This document shows positions 20,826 through 31,798 of a stretch of 64,000 bases of DNA, piece after piece. Each line of letters opens with the position of its first letter. Within the stretch, counting starts at the first letter, position 1. The stretch spans positions 4,992,001 to 5,056,000 of the forward strand of contig JASGJH010000001.1 of assembly GCA_047601445.1 (NCBI GenBank). The letters run 5' to 3'. A program made the position numbers and the translations under genes. Source of the stretch: Myxococcales bacterium. GTDB taxonomy: Bacteria > Myxococcota_A > Polyangia > Polyangiales > DASUME01. A model generated the notes under the pieces. It was not told where the DNA came from and made no database searches. It saw only the letters and a program-made list of their open reading frames with translations.

Positions 20826-22385
20826 TCAGCCCGCGCCGCCGGCTTTGGTCTGGAAGCGCTTGAAGTCACGCACGAAAGCGTCGTGGAGGTCGGCCGCGAG
20901 CTGCTTGGCCTCCTGCTCCGCCTTCTCGTTCATCAGCAGGCGGTCCACCGCCACGCTGCCGCCGAACTTGATGATCCAGCTCTCCAGCGCCTCGGCCGAA
21001 GCTACCACCGAGAACACCCCCGGTTGGCCCTCGGAGCGGCTGCCCAACTCGGCGTGCCAGGTGACTCCCTTGCCGTCGTTGCCCTTCACGGCCATGCGGA
21101 AGAAGTCCTCGGTGATTTGCTGGATGTTGCTCGAGATGAACACGTCCAGGAAGCCGGGCGAGAACAGGCCGAGCGCGCGGCCCTCCACCTTGACCTTGGG
21201 CATCTGACGCACCCAGCCGTCGTTGGACACGTAGGTACCGTGGACGTCGTAGTTGCTCTCCACGCGCAGGCCCTTCACGTTGACGATGATGCCCAGCATG
21301 TTGAGGCGGGCGTTGATCATCACCTGTGGATGCTTGAGGTTCGCCGCCAGCGGGTCGAGCGGCTCGGACTCGTAGACCTGGTTGTCGTCGAAGGGCAGCA
21401 CCTGACCGTCGCGGATGTAGAGCTCACAGCCGAACAGGAGCTTCTCGCTGTCGATGTGCAGGCGCACCAGGTCGCGGCCCTGGTCGTCGAGCACGCGCAA
21501 CGTGGTGGTCAGCACGTCCTTGAGCTTCTTCACGTGCTTGGCGAAGTTCGGGTACTTGTTCTTGAGGCGATCCGGTTCGGCGCGGATGCGCATCTTGATG
21601 TGGTGGTAGTTGCCCTCGTTCTGGGCGTCCTGGATGTCCTCGGCGCGACCGATGTTGCTCACCAGCTCTTCGCCGAGCGCAGGGAAGGCCTCGTAGAGCA
21701 CGGCCAGCACGTTGATGTCCTCAGCGCCGAGGCCGGGGTTCACCGACTTGATCTTGGAGATGGTGGCGGCCGAAGGGGCCGGCTTGTCGGTGGCAGAAGC
21801 GCCGCGGGGGTCGCCGTCGGTGGCGAGCCGGGCCAGGTCGTGTCCAGACTCGATCAGCGAGGAATAGGAGAGCTGCCCCACGCCGAGGCCCCAGCGGATC
21901 CCGAACAGGAGGCTGCTGTTGTCTTTGGTCTCACGCTGCTTGCCGTGCAGGAGCAGCGACATGTCCGCCAGGCCATTGCGGCCGGTGTCGAGGCCCACGT
22001 TGTACTTGGGATCGCCGTCGGTCTTGATCACCATGTACTTGTCTCCGCTGAGCTCACCCTTGACGGTCAGCTCGCGGCGCCCGGCGCGCTCGTCGGGCAA
22101 CAAGGCCTGGAACCCCTTCAGGTCGAAGTCCTCGAACTCTTTCCAGGCCTTGTCGATGAACTTCTGGGTCGGCTTGTCGACCTCGGTCTTGTGCAGGAAG
22201 GTCTCGAAGGCCCGGGTGAGCCGGTCGAGCGACTTGACCGCAACTCCCGTATCTCCGGCGCCCCACATCGTGACGAGCGGAGTCCAGCCGGCGATGGTCG
22301 TGTCGTTGGCGGCGGCGGCATAGGCGGTGCCGACCGCAGAGAGCCCGAGGGCGAGCAAAATGGCGCGAGTTTGGGTGGGATTCAT
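20826..22385 (-). CDS. Hypothetical secreted protein
   Basis: 519-aa ORF with strong GC3 bias and signal peptide MNPTQTRAILLALGLSAVGTAYA. No family recognised. Confidence 0.75.
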   Translation of the reverse strand: MNPTQTRAILLALGLSAVGTAYAAAANDTTIAGWTPLVTMWGAGDTGVAVKSLDRLTRAFETFLHKTEVDKPTQKFIDKAWKEFEDFDLKGFQALLPDERAGRRELTVKGELSGDKYMVIKTDGDPKYNVGLDTGRNGLADMSLLLHGKQRETKDNSSLLFGIRWGLGVGQLSYSSLIESGHDLARLATDGDPRGASATDKPAPSAATISKIKSVNPGLGAEDINVLAVLYEAFPALGEELVSNIGRAEDIQDAQNEGNYHHIKMRIRAEPDRLKNKYPNFAKHVKKLKDVLTTTLRVLDDQGRDLVRLHIDSEKLLFGCELYIRDGQVLPFDDNQVYESEPLDPLAANLKHPQVMINARLNMLGIIVNVKGLRVESNYDVHGTYVSNDGWVRQMPKVKVEGRALGLFSPGFLDVFISSNIQQITEDFFRMAVKGNDGKGVTWHAELGSRSEGQPGVFSVVASAEALESWIIKFGGSVAVDRLLMNEKAEQEAKQLAADLHDAFVRDFKRFQTKAGGAG

Positions 22386-22588
22386 GGGGACACCCCTACC
22401 CCGGACCAAGTCGCGGCACAGTCACAGAGCGGACCCAAAGCCTTGACAGCTCTTGGCCAACCCCAGGTATCCCCTGCCCAGTCATTCCACGAGCGCCTCG
22501 TTTGTGGTCATCGATCGGGTCACCCGCGGTCATTGTGCGAGACGCCAACGCTTCCTAGGCTGCGCCGGGTCAGCCTGCTGGAGGCTCC

Positions 22589-23767
22589 ATGACCCTGCTC
22601 ATCGCCTACGTCGCGGCCGTCGTTTTCGCCGTCAGCTCCGCCATCACGCTCGTCGTCTATCTGTTGTGGCGGGGGCACCTGGCCTTCTGGGGACGCCGTC
22701 TGTTGGCCGAGGGCAGCTACGCGGAAGTCGAGCAACTCACGATGCCCGACGGCGGCTCCGTCACCCTGCGTCGCCTAGCGCTGCACGGAGAACCCACGAC
22801 CGGAGAGCGCATGCCGGTGCTGTTGGTGCACGGCCTGGCCATGAATCATCAGTGCCTGGATCTCGGCGAGGCCTCCCTGGCCCGCTCGCTGCAGCGCGAG
22901 GGCTTCGACGTCTGGCTGGTGACGCTGCGTTCCGGGCGCACCTATCTCTCGCCCTTCGGCCCGCGCACCAGCACCTTCGCGGCCATGGTCGAGCACGACC
23001 TGCCGCGCGCGGTGGACATCATCCTCGAGCGCACCGGCAAGCCCCAGCTCGACATCATGGGTCTCTCGATGGGCGGCATGCTGCTCTACGCGAGTCTCGG
23101 TCGCAGCCTGAGCGCAGACAAAGTCCATCGCGTGGTGTTGTTCGGTTCACCCGGCCAGATTCGTCCGCTCGGCTTGCTCAATTTGTCGCGCTTCATGCCG
23201 GCGGCGCTGGCGCTGAGCGTGCCATTGCGGGCGATGATCCGCACGGTGGCGTTCGCGCCCCGTCTGGTTCCGGGCCTCGTGTGGCGACGTCTGTACAACC
23301 CGGCCAACATGGAACGCCAGTTCGAGCGCCACATGCTGTGGAACGTGTGGGAAGGCATTCCCGGGCAGCTCGGGCGCGAGTTCGTGCTGTGGTCCGCGGC
23401 CAACGGCGTGGTCTCGGCGAACCGCGCACCGGTGCTGGCCGGGCTCGCCCAGGTCGACGTGCCCGTGTTGTTCTTCGCAGGCAGCGTGGACTGGCTGGCC
23501 CCGGTGCACAGCGTGCGCGCGGCGTACGAGGCCTGGGGCAGCGGTCTGCCCATGGTGGAGAAGCAATTCGTGGTGCTCGGACGCGAAACGAGCGGTGCCA
23601 CCTGTGACTACGGCCACTGTGATCTGGTGCTGGGTCAGCGCGCGCACACGGAGGCCTTCGAGCCTGCCGCGCGCTTCTTGCGGGCCGATGCGCGGCCGCG
23701 CACATTCGTGTCTTCGCCTGCCCCCAAACCCGGCAGCGTCTCGACTCCGCTCGCGCTCGAAGCGTGA
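22589..23767 (+). CDS. Alpha/beta hydrolase (lipase/PhaC-like) with N-terminal TM helix
   Basis: LLVHGL, GLSMGG nucleophile elbow, DYGHCDL. RBS GGAGG. Confidence 0.88.
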   Translation: MTLLIAYVAAVVFAVSSAITLVVYLLWRGHLAFWGRRLLAEGSYAEVEQLTMPDGGSVTLRRLALHGEPTTGERMPVLLVHGLAMNHQCLDLGEASLARSLQREGFDVWLVTLRSGRTYLSPFGPRTSTFAAMVEHDLPRAVDIILERTGKPQLDIMGLSMGGMLLYASLGRSLSADKVHRVVLFGSPGQIRPLGLLNLSRFMPAALALSVPLRAMIRTVAFAPRLVPGLVWRRLYNPANMERQFERHMLWNVWEGIPGQLGREFVLWSAANGVVSANRAPVLAGLAQVDVPVLFFAGSVDWLAPVHSVRAAYEAWGSGLPMVEKQFVVLGRETSGATCDYGHCDLVLGQRAHTEAFEPAARFLRADARPRTFVSSPAPKPGSVSTPLALEA

Positions 23768-23820
23768 CGGCGGCCTGCCGCAGGAGGTAGATTCGTGGTG
23801 AGATCGGTCCGAGGGAGCAA

Positions 23821-24153
23821 ATGAAACCCGTCGTGCTTGCCCTGTGCAGCGTTCTGCTGGCTCCTTACCAGTGCGCCACCGCGGAGTACAAGCCGCCGGA
23901 GGACACCGCGCCCAAGTCGCTGTGGATCCTGGCCGAGCGCTTCGAGAAAGAGGGCCAGAGCTCCGCGCGCGAGACCACGCTCAAGCAGCTCGTGGAGCAA
24001 TATCCGGGTTCACGCTACGCGCATCGAGCACGCGCCCTCCTGGGCATGCCGGATCCGCTCGACGATCAGCTCGTCATGCCCACGGACGACGAGCCTGAAG
24101 ATGCGGGTGAGCCGCTGAGCGCGGAGAGCGTGGCACCCGACGCTGGCCACTGA
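23821..24153 (+). CDS. Small exported TPR-like protein
   Basis: Signal-like N-terminus, LVEQYPGSRYAHRA TPR-like segment. RBS GGAG. Confidence 0.7.
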   Translation: MKPVVLALCSVLLAPYQCATAEYKPPEDTAPKSLWILAERFEKEGQSSARETTLKQLVEQYPGSRYAHRARALLGMPDPLDDQLVMPTDDEPEDAGEPLSAESVAPDAGH

Positions 24154-24291
24154 GCGGACGGCATTCGTCCTGTTGTAGCGAGAAGAACCTTGACGACGAC
24201 TTTGACTTGAACGGCGACGGTGTTCGGACGGCCGCAACCGTCTGCGCAGGTCGCAGACTCCGCGCTCGCCCAAGGGCAAACCCACGAGCCG

Positions 24292-25308
24292 CTACTTCAA
24301 GCTCGCTCGGTACTCCGATGGGGTCATGCCGGTCCAGCGCTTGAACGCGCGATAGAACGCGGCCGGATCCGAGAAACGCAGCAGGAAGGCGATCTCACCC
24401 GCTGCCAGCTCGGAGCGCGCGAGGAGCTCCATGGCCCGGACTTTGCGCGTGTCCTCGAGTAGCTCCGAGAGCGTGGTGCCCTCGTCCTTGAGCCGTCTGC
24501 GCAGGGTGGACTCGCTCATGGCGAGCTGCTGCGCGATGTCGTTCATCTCCACCGCCCCGGTGGTCATGCCGCGCAGCAAGGCGCGCCGCACGAGCTCGGC
24601 CAACGGGCTCTCGCTATCGAGTTCCCTGAGTTTGGCCGCGGTCTGGCCCTCGAAGAGCTGCTGCAGCTCGCGATCGGCACCGGGCATCGGGCTGTCGAGG
24701 CGGCGTGCGGGGAAGCTGCACCCGGTATATTCGCTGCCGAAGGTGACAGGACACCGGAACAAGCGCTCGTATTCGGCGAGGTTGGTGCGATCTTCATGCG
24801 CGAACTGCAGGCTGAGCAAGGGCTCGTCGCGGCCCGTGAGGATCTGCACGAAGGTCTTGAGGTAAGCGATGATGAAGTCGTGGGCCGCCGGGGGCTCTTC
24901 CAGGCCGAGCAGCCGGTAACGCCAGGTCGCGACGCCGTTCTCTTCGAGGAGCTCCACCTCGGCGCCGTCGTGCATCAGCCGATGATAGCGGGCCACACAA
25001 TCTGCCGCCTCACGCAGCGTGGAGCAGGAGCGCGCGGTCATCTCGAGGACGTCCATGTCTCCCGGCTGCACGCTGAGGCCCGCCTTGAGGCCGAGCTGCG
25101 GGTCGTTGAGCGCGGCCACCGAGTTGCGCAGGATGCGCATGACAGTGCTGTGGGGAACCCGAGTATCGGCAGCCGTGAGATCCTCGTAGCGCAGCTGCTC
25201 GGCCAACACGATGCGCATGGTGCGCGGATCGGCGCCCACGGCGCGCATGAAGGGCCAAAAGAACCGGACCGAGAGCGTGGCAGCTTGGTGCTTGGAAGAC
25301 GTTGGCAC
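24292..25308 (-). CDS. AraC family transcriptional regulator
   Basis: LAMSESTLRRRL and EIAFLLRFSDPAAFYRAFKRWTGMTP. Confidence 0.92.
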   Translation of the reverse strand: MPTSSKHQAATLSVRFFWPFMRAVGADPRTMRIVLAEQLRYEDLTAADTRVPHSTVMRILRNSVAALNDPQLGLKAGLSVQPGDMDVLEMTARSCSTLREAADCVARYHRLMHDGAEVELLEENGVATWRYRLLGLEEPPAAHDFIIAYLKTFVQILTGRDEPLLSLQFAHEDRTNLAEYERLFRCPVTFGSEYTGCSFPARRLDSPMPGADRELQQLFEGQTAAKLRELDSESPLAELVRRALLRGMTTGAVEMNDIAQQLAMSESTLRRRLKDEGTTLSELLEDTRKVRAMELLARSELAAGEIAFLLRFSDPAAFYRAFKRWTGMTPSEYRASLK

Positions 25309-25407
25309 CGGGATTCTCTTCGCCGCGCATGACTTTACGCGCGCGTAGAGAACGAGTGTGCCGCATGAGCTCTGGACCGCACAAGCCGTCGCAGCCCGTG
25401 CGAGGCT

Positions 25408-26466
25408 TCACTCCCAGCTGGTCATACCGCGCCCAGCCTGCGAGGCGGGCGCGACGCTGCCCGAGGAAGCGACGTTCGCGGGCTCGCCGGCAGACAGGAA
25501 GGCATCGGCGTCCCGGGCCGTCTCCTGCGGGAACTCCTCCATGGGGATGTGCCCGCCTTCCGGATACACCTTGACCTCCAGGCCCTCCACGTCGGCCTTC
25601 CAGGTGTCGATCAAGGCCCGCGGCACCCAGCGATCCTTGCCGCCCCACATGAGCAGCGTGGGGACCTTGATCTCGCGCACGTGGGCCGCCATCGAATTCA
25701 GGTCGTTGTACCTCCTCAACACCTTGAAGTACTCCACCATCGACGTCTTGTGGCCCTTCTTGAGCAGAAGCTCGTGGTACCGCAGCACGGTTTCATCGCT
25801 CACGCTCTCGGGGTGCCCGTACACCTTGCGCACGTTGCGCCGCACGATGAAGCGTGGCGCCGCGATCTGGGCCAACGTACCGCCGAAGCCGCCCGAGGCG
25901 AACTTGATGATGCGCGGCAAGGGTTGCTGATAGGCGATGGGGTCGATCAGGATCAGCTTCTGGACGCGCTCCGGGTGCTTGGTGGCGTAGTACCAGGCGA
26001 TGAAGCCCCCGAGCGAGTTGCCAGCGAGGTAGAAGCGCTCGGTCTTGTCAGCGAACTCCGGATGCCGCTTGGCGCCCTCGAGGCGCGCCTTCTCGAAGAA
26101 CTCGATCGCGTACTCCGGAGTGTAGTTCTTGTTGGCGAGCGGCTCACTCAGGCCGAAGCCCGGGATGTCGAGCACGAGGATGTGATACTTCTTGCCCAGT
26201 TCCTCGATCCAACCGTCCCAGGTGTGCGTATCGGCCAACACGCCGTGCAGGAGCAGGAGCCCGGGCCCCTCGGGGTTGCCCTCGATGCGGTAGTGCGCCT
26301 TGGTGCCGTCGATCGTCATGAACAAGGAGTTGCTCCGACCGTACTTTTGAAGGAGCACGTCATCCTTGATGGTGCCCATCCCCATGCGTTGACAGGCGCT
26401 GAGACCAAGCAGCAAGCAGAGCACGAACCATGGATGAACGGAGAAGCGCTGGCGTATGGACTTCAT
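25408..26466 (-). CDS. Alpha/beta hydrolase lipoprotein
   Basis: Lipobox LSAC, LLHG, GNSLGG, GHIPMEE. Confidence 0.9.
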   Translation of the reverse strand: MKSIRQRFSVHPWFVLCLLLGLSACQRMGMGTIKDDVLLQKYGRSNSLFMTIDGTKAHYRIEGNPEGPGLLLLHGVLADTHTWDGWIEELGKKYHILVLDIPGFGLSEPLANKNYTPEYAIEFFEKARLEGAKRHPEFADKTERFYLAGNSLGGFIAWYYATKHPERVQKLILIDPIAYQQPLPRIIKFASGGFGGTLAQIAAPRFIVRRNVRKVYGHPESVSDETVLRYHELLLKKGHKTSMVEYFKVLRRYNDLNSMAAHVREIKVPTLLMWGGKDRWVPRALIDTWKADVEGLEVKVYPEGGHIPMEEFPQETARDADAFLSAGEPANVASSGSVAPASQAGRGMTSWE

Positions 26467-26700
26467 GCGTGCTTCCTACGGCGCACACGCAGCAACCACA
26501 GTGACAGCGCACGCCCGAAACGCTGTCCATGCACCTGCGCCGCACGGCGGTCAGCGAAAGGGGCCGTCGGCGGTCACTGCGAACGCGAGCGCGCTGAATG
26601 ATCGGGGGCTGACCACCATCGAGCTACCAGCGCTTGCCCGCTGTCTGGTCGACGCCACGCAATGCGGCATCGGAGGAACACCGGACTCGGAAGCCAGGCT

Positions 26701-28155
26701 TCAGGCCGCGTTGCGGGTCTTTTCGGCGGGAAGGTTACGCACCGCAGCCGAGGACGTGCGCTCGGGTAGACGCGTGAGATCCATGGGCGGGAGGCTCGCC
26801 GTGAGACGACGCAGGTAGTAGCGCGCCATGCCCATCAGTACCTTCGGGGTCATCAGCTCGAGCGGCTGCTTCACCATGTGCAGCGCCTGCAGCAGCGCGA
26901 TGAACACCTCGTCTTCGTACTGGCAGGCGCGCAGGAAGGTGTGCCCCATACGCCGGCTCAGCTCGGTATACCAGGGACGCTTGCCTTGCGTGCCCGGCCA
27001 AGCGAGATCGAGCAGGGCCGTGGACTCCCAGGCTGGAAAGGCGAACTTCTTGGCCGCCGGATAGAAACGCCGGGCGAGCGTGTCGAGGTCCGCGTCCTTG
27101 CGCAGCACGTCGCGCAGGATGCGAGCGCAGGTGACGCCGATGGACATGCCCTGGCCGTAGAGCGGATTGTAGGCCCACACCGAGTCGCCGACGGCCAGGA
27201 AGTTCTTCATGGCAGGCGGCGTGCGCTCGAAGTGGTTCCAGCGCATCTCGAGTCGACGGAAGGTGCGCACGGGCGTCACGGGCTCGGCGTGGGAGAGCCA
27301 TTCCTGAAAAAGCGGCGTCTGAAAGCGCTCGCCGAAGCTCGCGAAACCCGCCTCGTCGTTGGGCGGATACATCTCGTTGAAGCCGCCGATGGTCACCACC
27401 CACTGATTGCCCTCGAGCGGCGAGATCACGCCCCACTGCGGGCGATGGGGAAAGAGCTGGTCGACGGTCATCGCCTTGTTCAGGTAGGGACTGTCGTCGC
27501 GCACCTTGTAGAACCGCGAGGCGTAGCCGCAGCGCGAGTCCACCAGGGTCTCTTTGGGGAGCGGGAGCTTGCGGTCCTCGAACCACTTCTTCCACAGCGC
27601 GGCGCGACCCGAGCAATCCACCACCAGCTGGCCGCGGATCTCGCGGTGCTCTGCGTGGTCCGTGCGCAGACCGACGGCGCGGATGTCGCTCCCCTCACCC
27701 TCGGTGAGCAGCTCCTCCACGCGGGTGCCCTCGAGCAACAAAACGTTCTGGACCAAGGCCCGAAAACGCTGACGCTCGGCGAACTCCATCAGGGTGCGCG
27801 TGGCGGCCAATGCCACGAACCCCGTCTCGAAGAGCGGACAAAAGCCCACGTCCGTGCAGCGCGCCACATCCCGCCCGTGATCGAGCCGCACCGCGCCGAG
27901 ACGCAGGGCCTCCTCCGTGAAGCCCGGAAAGAGCTCGTCGAGCTCCCGCTGTCCACGCATGGTGAGGTTGTGGATGTGATAGCTCTGCTGCACGCCACGG
28001 CGATGCTCGGGCGCTTCTCTGGAGAGCGAGTCCTTCTCGACCACGACCACTTCGCGAAAGTGCTCGGATAGCGCGCGCGCCACCGCCAGGCCGACCATGC
28101 TGCCGCCGATGACGATCGCCCGTTCGTGATTCGAAACTACCTTGGGTGCGCTCAC
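26701..28155 (-). CDS. FAD-dependent oxidoreductase/monooxygenase
   Basis: IVIGGSMVG, VVDCSGR, GDSVWAYNPLYGQGMS. Start reassigned to GTG 28155. Confidence 0.88.
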   Translation of the reverse strand: MSAPKVVSNHERAIVIGGSMVGLAVARALSEHFREVVVVEKDSLSREAPEHRRGVQQSYHIHNLTMRGQRELDELFPGFTEEALRLGAVRLDHGRDVARCTDVGFCPLFETGFVALAATRTLMEFAERQRFRALVQNVLLLEGTRVEELLTEGEGSDIRAVGLRTDHAEHREIRGQLVVDCSGRAALWKKWFEDRKLPLPKETLVDSRCGYASRFYKVRDDSPYLNKAMTVDQLFPHRPQWGVISPLEGNQWVVTIGGFNEMYPPNDEAGFASFGERFQTPLFQEWLSHAEPVTPVRTFRRLEMRWNHFERTPPAMKNFLAVGDSVWAYNPLYGQGMSIGVTCARILRDVLRKDADLDTLARRFYPAAKKFAFPAWESTALLDLAWPGTQGKRPWYTELSRRMGHTFLRACQYEDEVFIALLQALHMVKQPLELMTPKVLMGMARYYLRRLTASLPPMDLTRLPERTSSAAVRNLPAEKTRNAA

Positions 28156-28306
28156 GTTGGTCCCGTCCGAGCCAAGTTGAGTATCAGTGTCGGGCGATGG
28201 GGGCAAGACCTTCCAGGTATCCAATCGTGGCCAAGCTTGTGACCATGCTGGAGGTTTTCCGCGCACCAGGAATCTGTGGCTCGAGCCTGCGCTGGCGAGG
28301 TGATCC

Positions 28307-29515
28307 TCAGTACTCTTCGCACAGATAGGCGCGGCCGTCGGTGCACGCAGTATCGTTCCACTTGTCGTTGCTCGGCGTGACCGCCAAGCAATCCTCGCCG
28401 TTGCTGCAGGCGCCGATGTTTAGCACGCCGCAGCTGCAGCCTTGGTTGTCGGGCTGACCGTTGTCCCAGGCCGTGTACGCACCGGGCGCATCGGTGCAGG
28501 TGGTGGCGTTGCCATTCGTGAAGCTGCAGAAGGTCGGGCCGTTTTCGCTGTTGTTGGCCGGGTCGACCCAGCGCCACACGCCCTCGGCCGTGGTCTTGCG
28601 ACAGGCCGTTGCACCGCTGCCGTTGTCGCCGCGATCGTGGCCGCCCAACCAATAGTCGCCCTTGACGTTGATGTTGGCGAGGGCCGTGACCAGGCCGCCG
28701 AACTCGCTCAGCGTGTTGATGATGGCGAGGTCGTAGCCGAGCGTGCGGCACGCCACACGGGCTGCATCCCAGCTGCGCTGGTCACGACAGAACTTGTAGT
28801 GGCGTCCGGACACCGTGAGCGCGTCGCAGGTGGCCGCCGGGATCGGCACGCACTGCTGATCGACGCACTGACGATCACTCGCACAGGTCATGCCGCAGCC
28901 GCCGCAGTCGGACGGGCTTGGCACGCAGGCATCGTGGGTCGCGCCAGAATCCTGGCAAGCGCCCGGGTTTGCCGCGCAGTCGATGGGGCTCGCGTCAGCG
29001 TCGTCGCCGTCTCCGCCGGCCTCCGACTGGGTGTCCGCGTCGGGCACGCTGCCGTCGCTGCCAGGGAGCGAGCCGGCATCGAGACCGGGCAGGTGAGGCT
29101 GCACCACGATGTTGTCGGGCCCAATCTGCGAATTCACTGCGGGCAGTGGCCCGATGTCGGCGTTGGGCACCAGCATCAGCTCGAGCCCAGTGCGCTTGCC
29201 CTGCTTGAACGAGCCCCCGTGCTTGGCCCCGCCCACGACGGCCCCGTCGCGCAGGCCGAAGGCACGGAGCGCGAACTCGTGCGCGTCGCGCTCGCCCGCG
29301 GCGCTGACCAGCACCTCCATGGGCCACACCGTGCGCGGAAGCTCGACCACCGCGGCGTTCACCTCGATGCGCACGGAGGTGGCCGTCATGGCCTCGCCCT
29401 GCGCCTCGATGGAGACCAATACCTCGGTCTTTCCTTCGCTCTCACCGCCGCAGCCGATCGCCAGACTCCACGCCCACAACAAGGTCAGACGCAGCCAGGC
29501 AGTCCTCAGTGCCAT
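28307..29515 (-). CDS. Cys-rich lipoprotein with C-terminal C-type lectin domain
   Basis: Lipobox AIGC, SWDAARVAC, YWLGG, WDNGQPDN, EDC, WNDTAC. Confidence 0.85.
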   Translation of the reverse strand: MALRTAWLRLTLLWAWSLAIGCGGESEGKTEVLVSIEAQGEAMTATSVRIEVNAAVVELPRTVWPMEVLVSAAGERDAHEFALRAFGLRDGAVVGGAKHGGSFKQGKRTGLELMLVPNADIGPLPAVNSQIGPDNIVVQPHLPGLDAGSLPGSDGSVPDADTQSEAGGDGDDADASPIDCAANPGACQDSGATHDACVPSPSDCGGCGMTCASDRQCVDQQCVPIPAATCDALTVSGRHYKFCRDQRSWDAARVACRTLGYDLAIINTLSEFGGLVTALANINVKGDYWLGGHDRGDNGSGATACRKTTAEGVWRWVDPANNSENGPTFCSFTNGNATTCTDAPGAYTAWDNGQPDNQGCSCGVLNIGACSNGEDCLAVTPSNDKWNDTACTDGRAYLCEEY

Positions 29516-30168
29516 GAAAGGGCCTCGATGGTCACACCACTGTTCGGCTTGGGCCGCTCGTCGCCGTCTTTGCCGGCCGCCAGCACCGAGATGATCACGC
29601 CCGCGCTCACGGCCACCACGGCAGCGGCCACGCCGCCCCAGAGACGACGCTTGCGGGTACGCTCGCTGTGCTCTCGCGTGTTGGCCGGAGTCGGCGCGAG
29701 GGGCACCGCGGAGCGCTTGGCCGCGTCCGCGCGGGCTTGCTCGTTGGCCTCGGCTTCCGCGAGCGACGCGCGCAGCGCGCGCACACGGTTCTGCACCTCG
29801 GACACGCGCTCGGGGTCGGGCTCGTGATTCAGGTAGGTCTCGAAGGCCGCCACGGCCTCACGGTCGCGCCGCAAGCGGTCGTAGGCGAGGCCGATGTTGT
29901 ACTGCAGCGCCGAGCGTTGGCTCAGCTCGTAGGCGCGCTCGAAGTAGCCGAGCGAGTCGACGTAGCGGCCGTCTTCATAGGCCACTTTGCCCGCCTCGAA
30001 CAGCGCGCGCGCTTCATCGTCGCGCGAGTGCCCGACTTCGCCCTGAGGCGGCGCGGCCTGCGCGGCCTGCGCATGGGCCAGCTCGCCCCCATCCACGACC
30101 AGCCAGAGCAGTGCGCCCACGATCCAAGCTAAAAAAGGCATGACAACCCGAGTTGCAACTCTCGCCAT
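29506..30168 (-). CDS. TPR protein with signal peptide and C-terminal TM segment
   Basis: ARALFEAG..FERAYELS..YNIGLAYDRL. Overlaps the lectin gene by 10 bp. Start 30168 or 30141. Confidence 0.85.
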   Translation of the reverse strand: MARVATRVVMPFLAWIVGALLWLVVDGGELAHAQAAQAAPPQGEVGHSRDDEARALFEAGKVAYEDGRYVDSLGYFERAYELSQRSALQYNIGLAYDRLRRDREAVAAFETYLNHEPDPERVSEVQNRVRALRASLAEAEANEQARADAAKRSAVPLAPTPANTREHSERTRKRRLWGGVAAAVVAVSAGVIISVLAAGKDGDERPKPNSGVTIEALSWH

Positions 30169-30390
30169 AGTAAGGGCAGACAGGCAGCGTACACAAGCAA
30201 CCCGAACCGCCCGCTTTGTAGGACGTCGGCAGGTACGCGCGAGACCGAACGAGGGGATGTGGCGAGTTTGGAGATCCCGCATTCGGATGGAGCAGCGCTC
30301 GTTTCGAAGCACCTTCGTCCAGATCCCTAGAGGTGCTGGGATTCGAAATGTAAACAGGTATTTGGAACGCGACTTGCCATTGCCCTTTGC

Positions 30391-31287
30391 ATGCAGAACG
30401 CGGACGAAGGTGCGCTACGTCGCTCGCTGGCGCGCCTCGGCGCGGAGCTCGAGCAAGTAGCCTCCGTCAGTGCCATCGCACCCCCCATCACGCCCGGATC
30501 ACCGCTCGTGTTGCTGCACCCATTCTCGATGTGCGCAGACGTATGGCGACCGGTGCTACCCCTGCTGACGCGCGAGCATGAGGTCTTCGCCCTCAACATC
30601 CCGGGCCACCTCGGTGGCGACCCGCTGCCTGAGCGCTTCGTGCATTCGGTGGAGACCGGCGTGGATCTGTTGGAAGCCAAACTGGATGCACTGGGTATCC
30701 GCCAGGCACACATCGTGGGCAACTCGCTCGGCGGCTGGTTCGCCATCGAGCTGGCCCGCCGGCAGCGCGCTCTCTCGGTGGTGGCGATGGCACCGGGAGG
30801 CGGCTGGGAGATGGGCAGTCGCGCCCATCGACGGCTCCTGCGCCGCATGCAGTTGGCGCGCGTCATGGTGAACTTCGGCGGCCCCGCCGCTGGGATCCTC
30901 GGTCGCTACTCGCTGCTGCGACGCCTCACGCTCGGCTACACCGTCGCGCGCCCGGAGCTTCTGACACCACACGACGCCCGCATGTTCATCCACGCGGCCT
31001 GGCGCTGCACCAGCTTCAATGGCGTGGTCAGCTGCATGGCCACGCAGGCGCTGGAGGAACCGCTGCATCTGCCGTGTCCGGTGCGCTTCGTGTGGGGCAG
31101 CGCGGACCGCGTACTGCCGATGCGAGACTACGCAGAGCGCTGGCGTCGCGCCTTGCCGCAAGCGGACTGGGTCGTGCTACCCGACGTCGGACACGTGCAG
31201 ATGCACGACGACCCAGAGGGTGTCGCGCGCAGCATCCTCGAGATCACATGTGCGTCAGGGCATGCGCACGTGGCGGCCGCTGGATAG
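30391..31287 (+). CDS. Alpha/beta hydrolase
   Basis: LVLLH, GNSLGG, WGSADRVL, VGHVQMHDDP. Confidence 0.88.
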   Translation: MQNADEGALRRSLARLGAELEQVASVSAIAPPITPGSPLVLLHPFSMCADVWRPVLPLLTREHEVFALNIPGHLGGDPLPERFVHSVETGVDLLEAKLDALGIRQAHIVGNSLGGWFAIELARRQRALSVVAMAPGGGWEMGSRAHRRLLRRMQLARVMVNFGGPAAGILGRYSLLRRLTLGYTVARPELLTPHDARMFIHAAWRCTSFNGVVSCMATQALEEPLHLPCPVRFVWGSADRVLPMRDYAERWRRALPQADWVVLPDVGHVQMHDDPEGVARSILEITCASGHAHVAAAG

Positions 31288-31513
31288 GCCGTTTGGGGCG
31301 GAAACAACGCACTTCGTGAGCGCAGCGAACCTCGCGGTGGGGTGGGTGACCTCCCCGATGACGATGAAACTGCACGACGGGTACTCGAGCACACGATCGT
31401 AAGCCGTTTTAAGGGCGTAGAACGTCTATGTGCTTGCTGATGCGCGCTGCGCGCGCTGATGCGGTCGCGGCGCTGCGCGCTCGACCCAGGCCCCAAGCCG
31501 TCCGGAGGCGCTG

Positions 31514-31774
31514 ATGTCGGAGAGCAACAAGCTCGAAAGCCTGGAGGAGCGCCAGTGGCGCCAGAAGGCGGAGCAAGCCCACGCCAAACTCGCCGAAGAG
31601 GAAGCGGAGTGGAGCACCCTGCGCGCCCGGGCTCAGGCGGCCCTCGCGCGCGAAGAGCGCGAGTGGGAGCGCCTGAGGACCCGCGCCGAGCTCAAGTCGA
31701 GCGGTGCCTTTTTGGCACATCCTGACGACGAAGTACGCGTGAGCAAGCTGCCCGAGCTCAAGCCCCGGCGCTGA
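31514..31774 (+). CDS. Small coiled-coil hypothetical protein
   Basis: RBS GGAGG, GC3-biased, E/R/A-rich helix. Confidence 0.6.
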   Translation: MSESNKLESLEERQWRQKAEQAHAKLAEEEAEWSTLRARAQAALAREEREWERLRTRAELKSSGAFLAHPDDEVRVSKLPELKPRR

Positions 31775-31798
31775 GGCGCGCATCAGCGCCGGCACGGC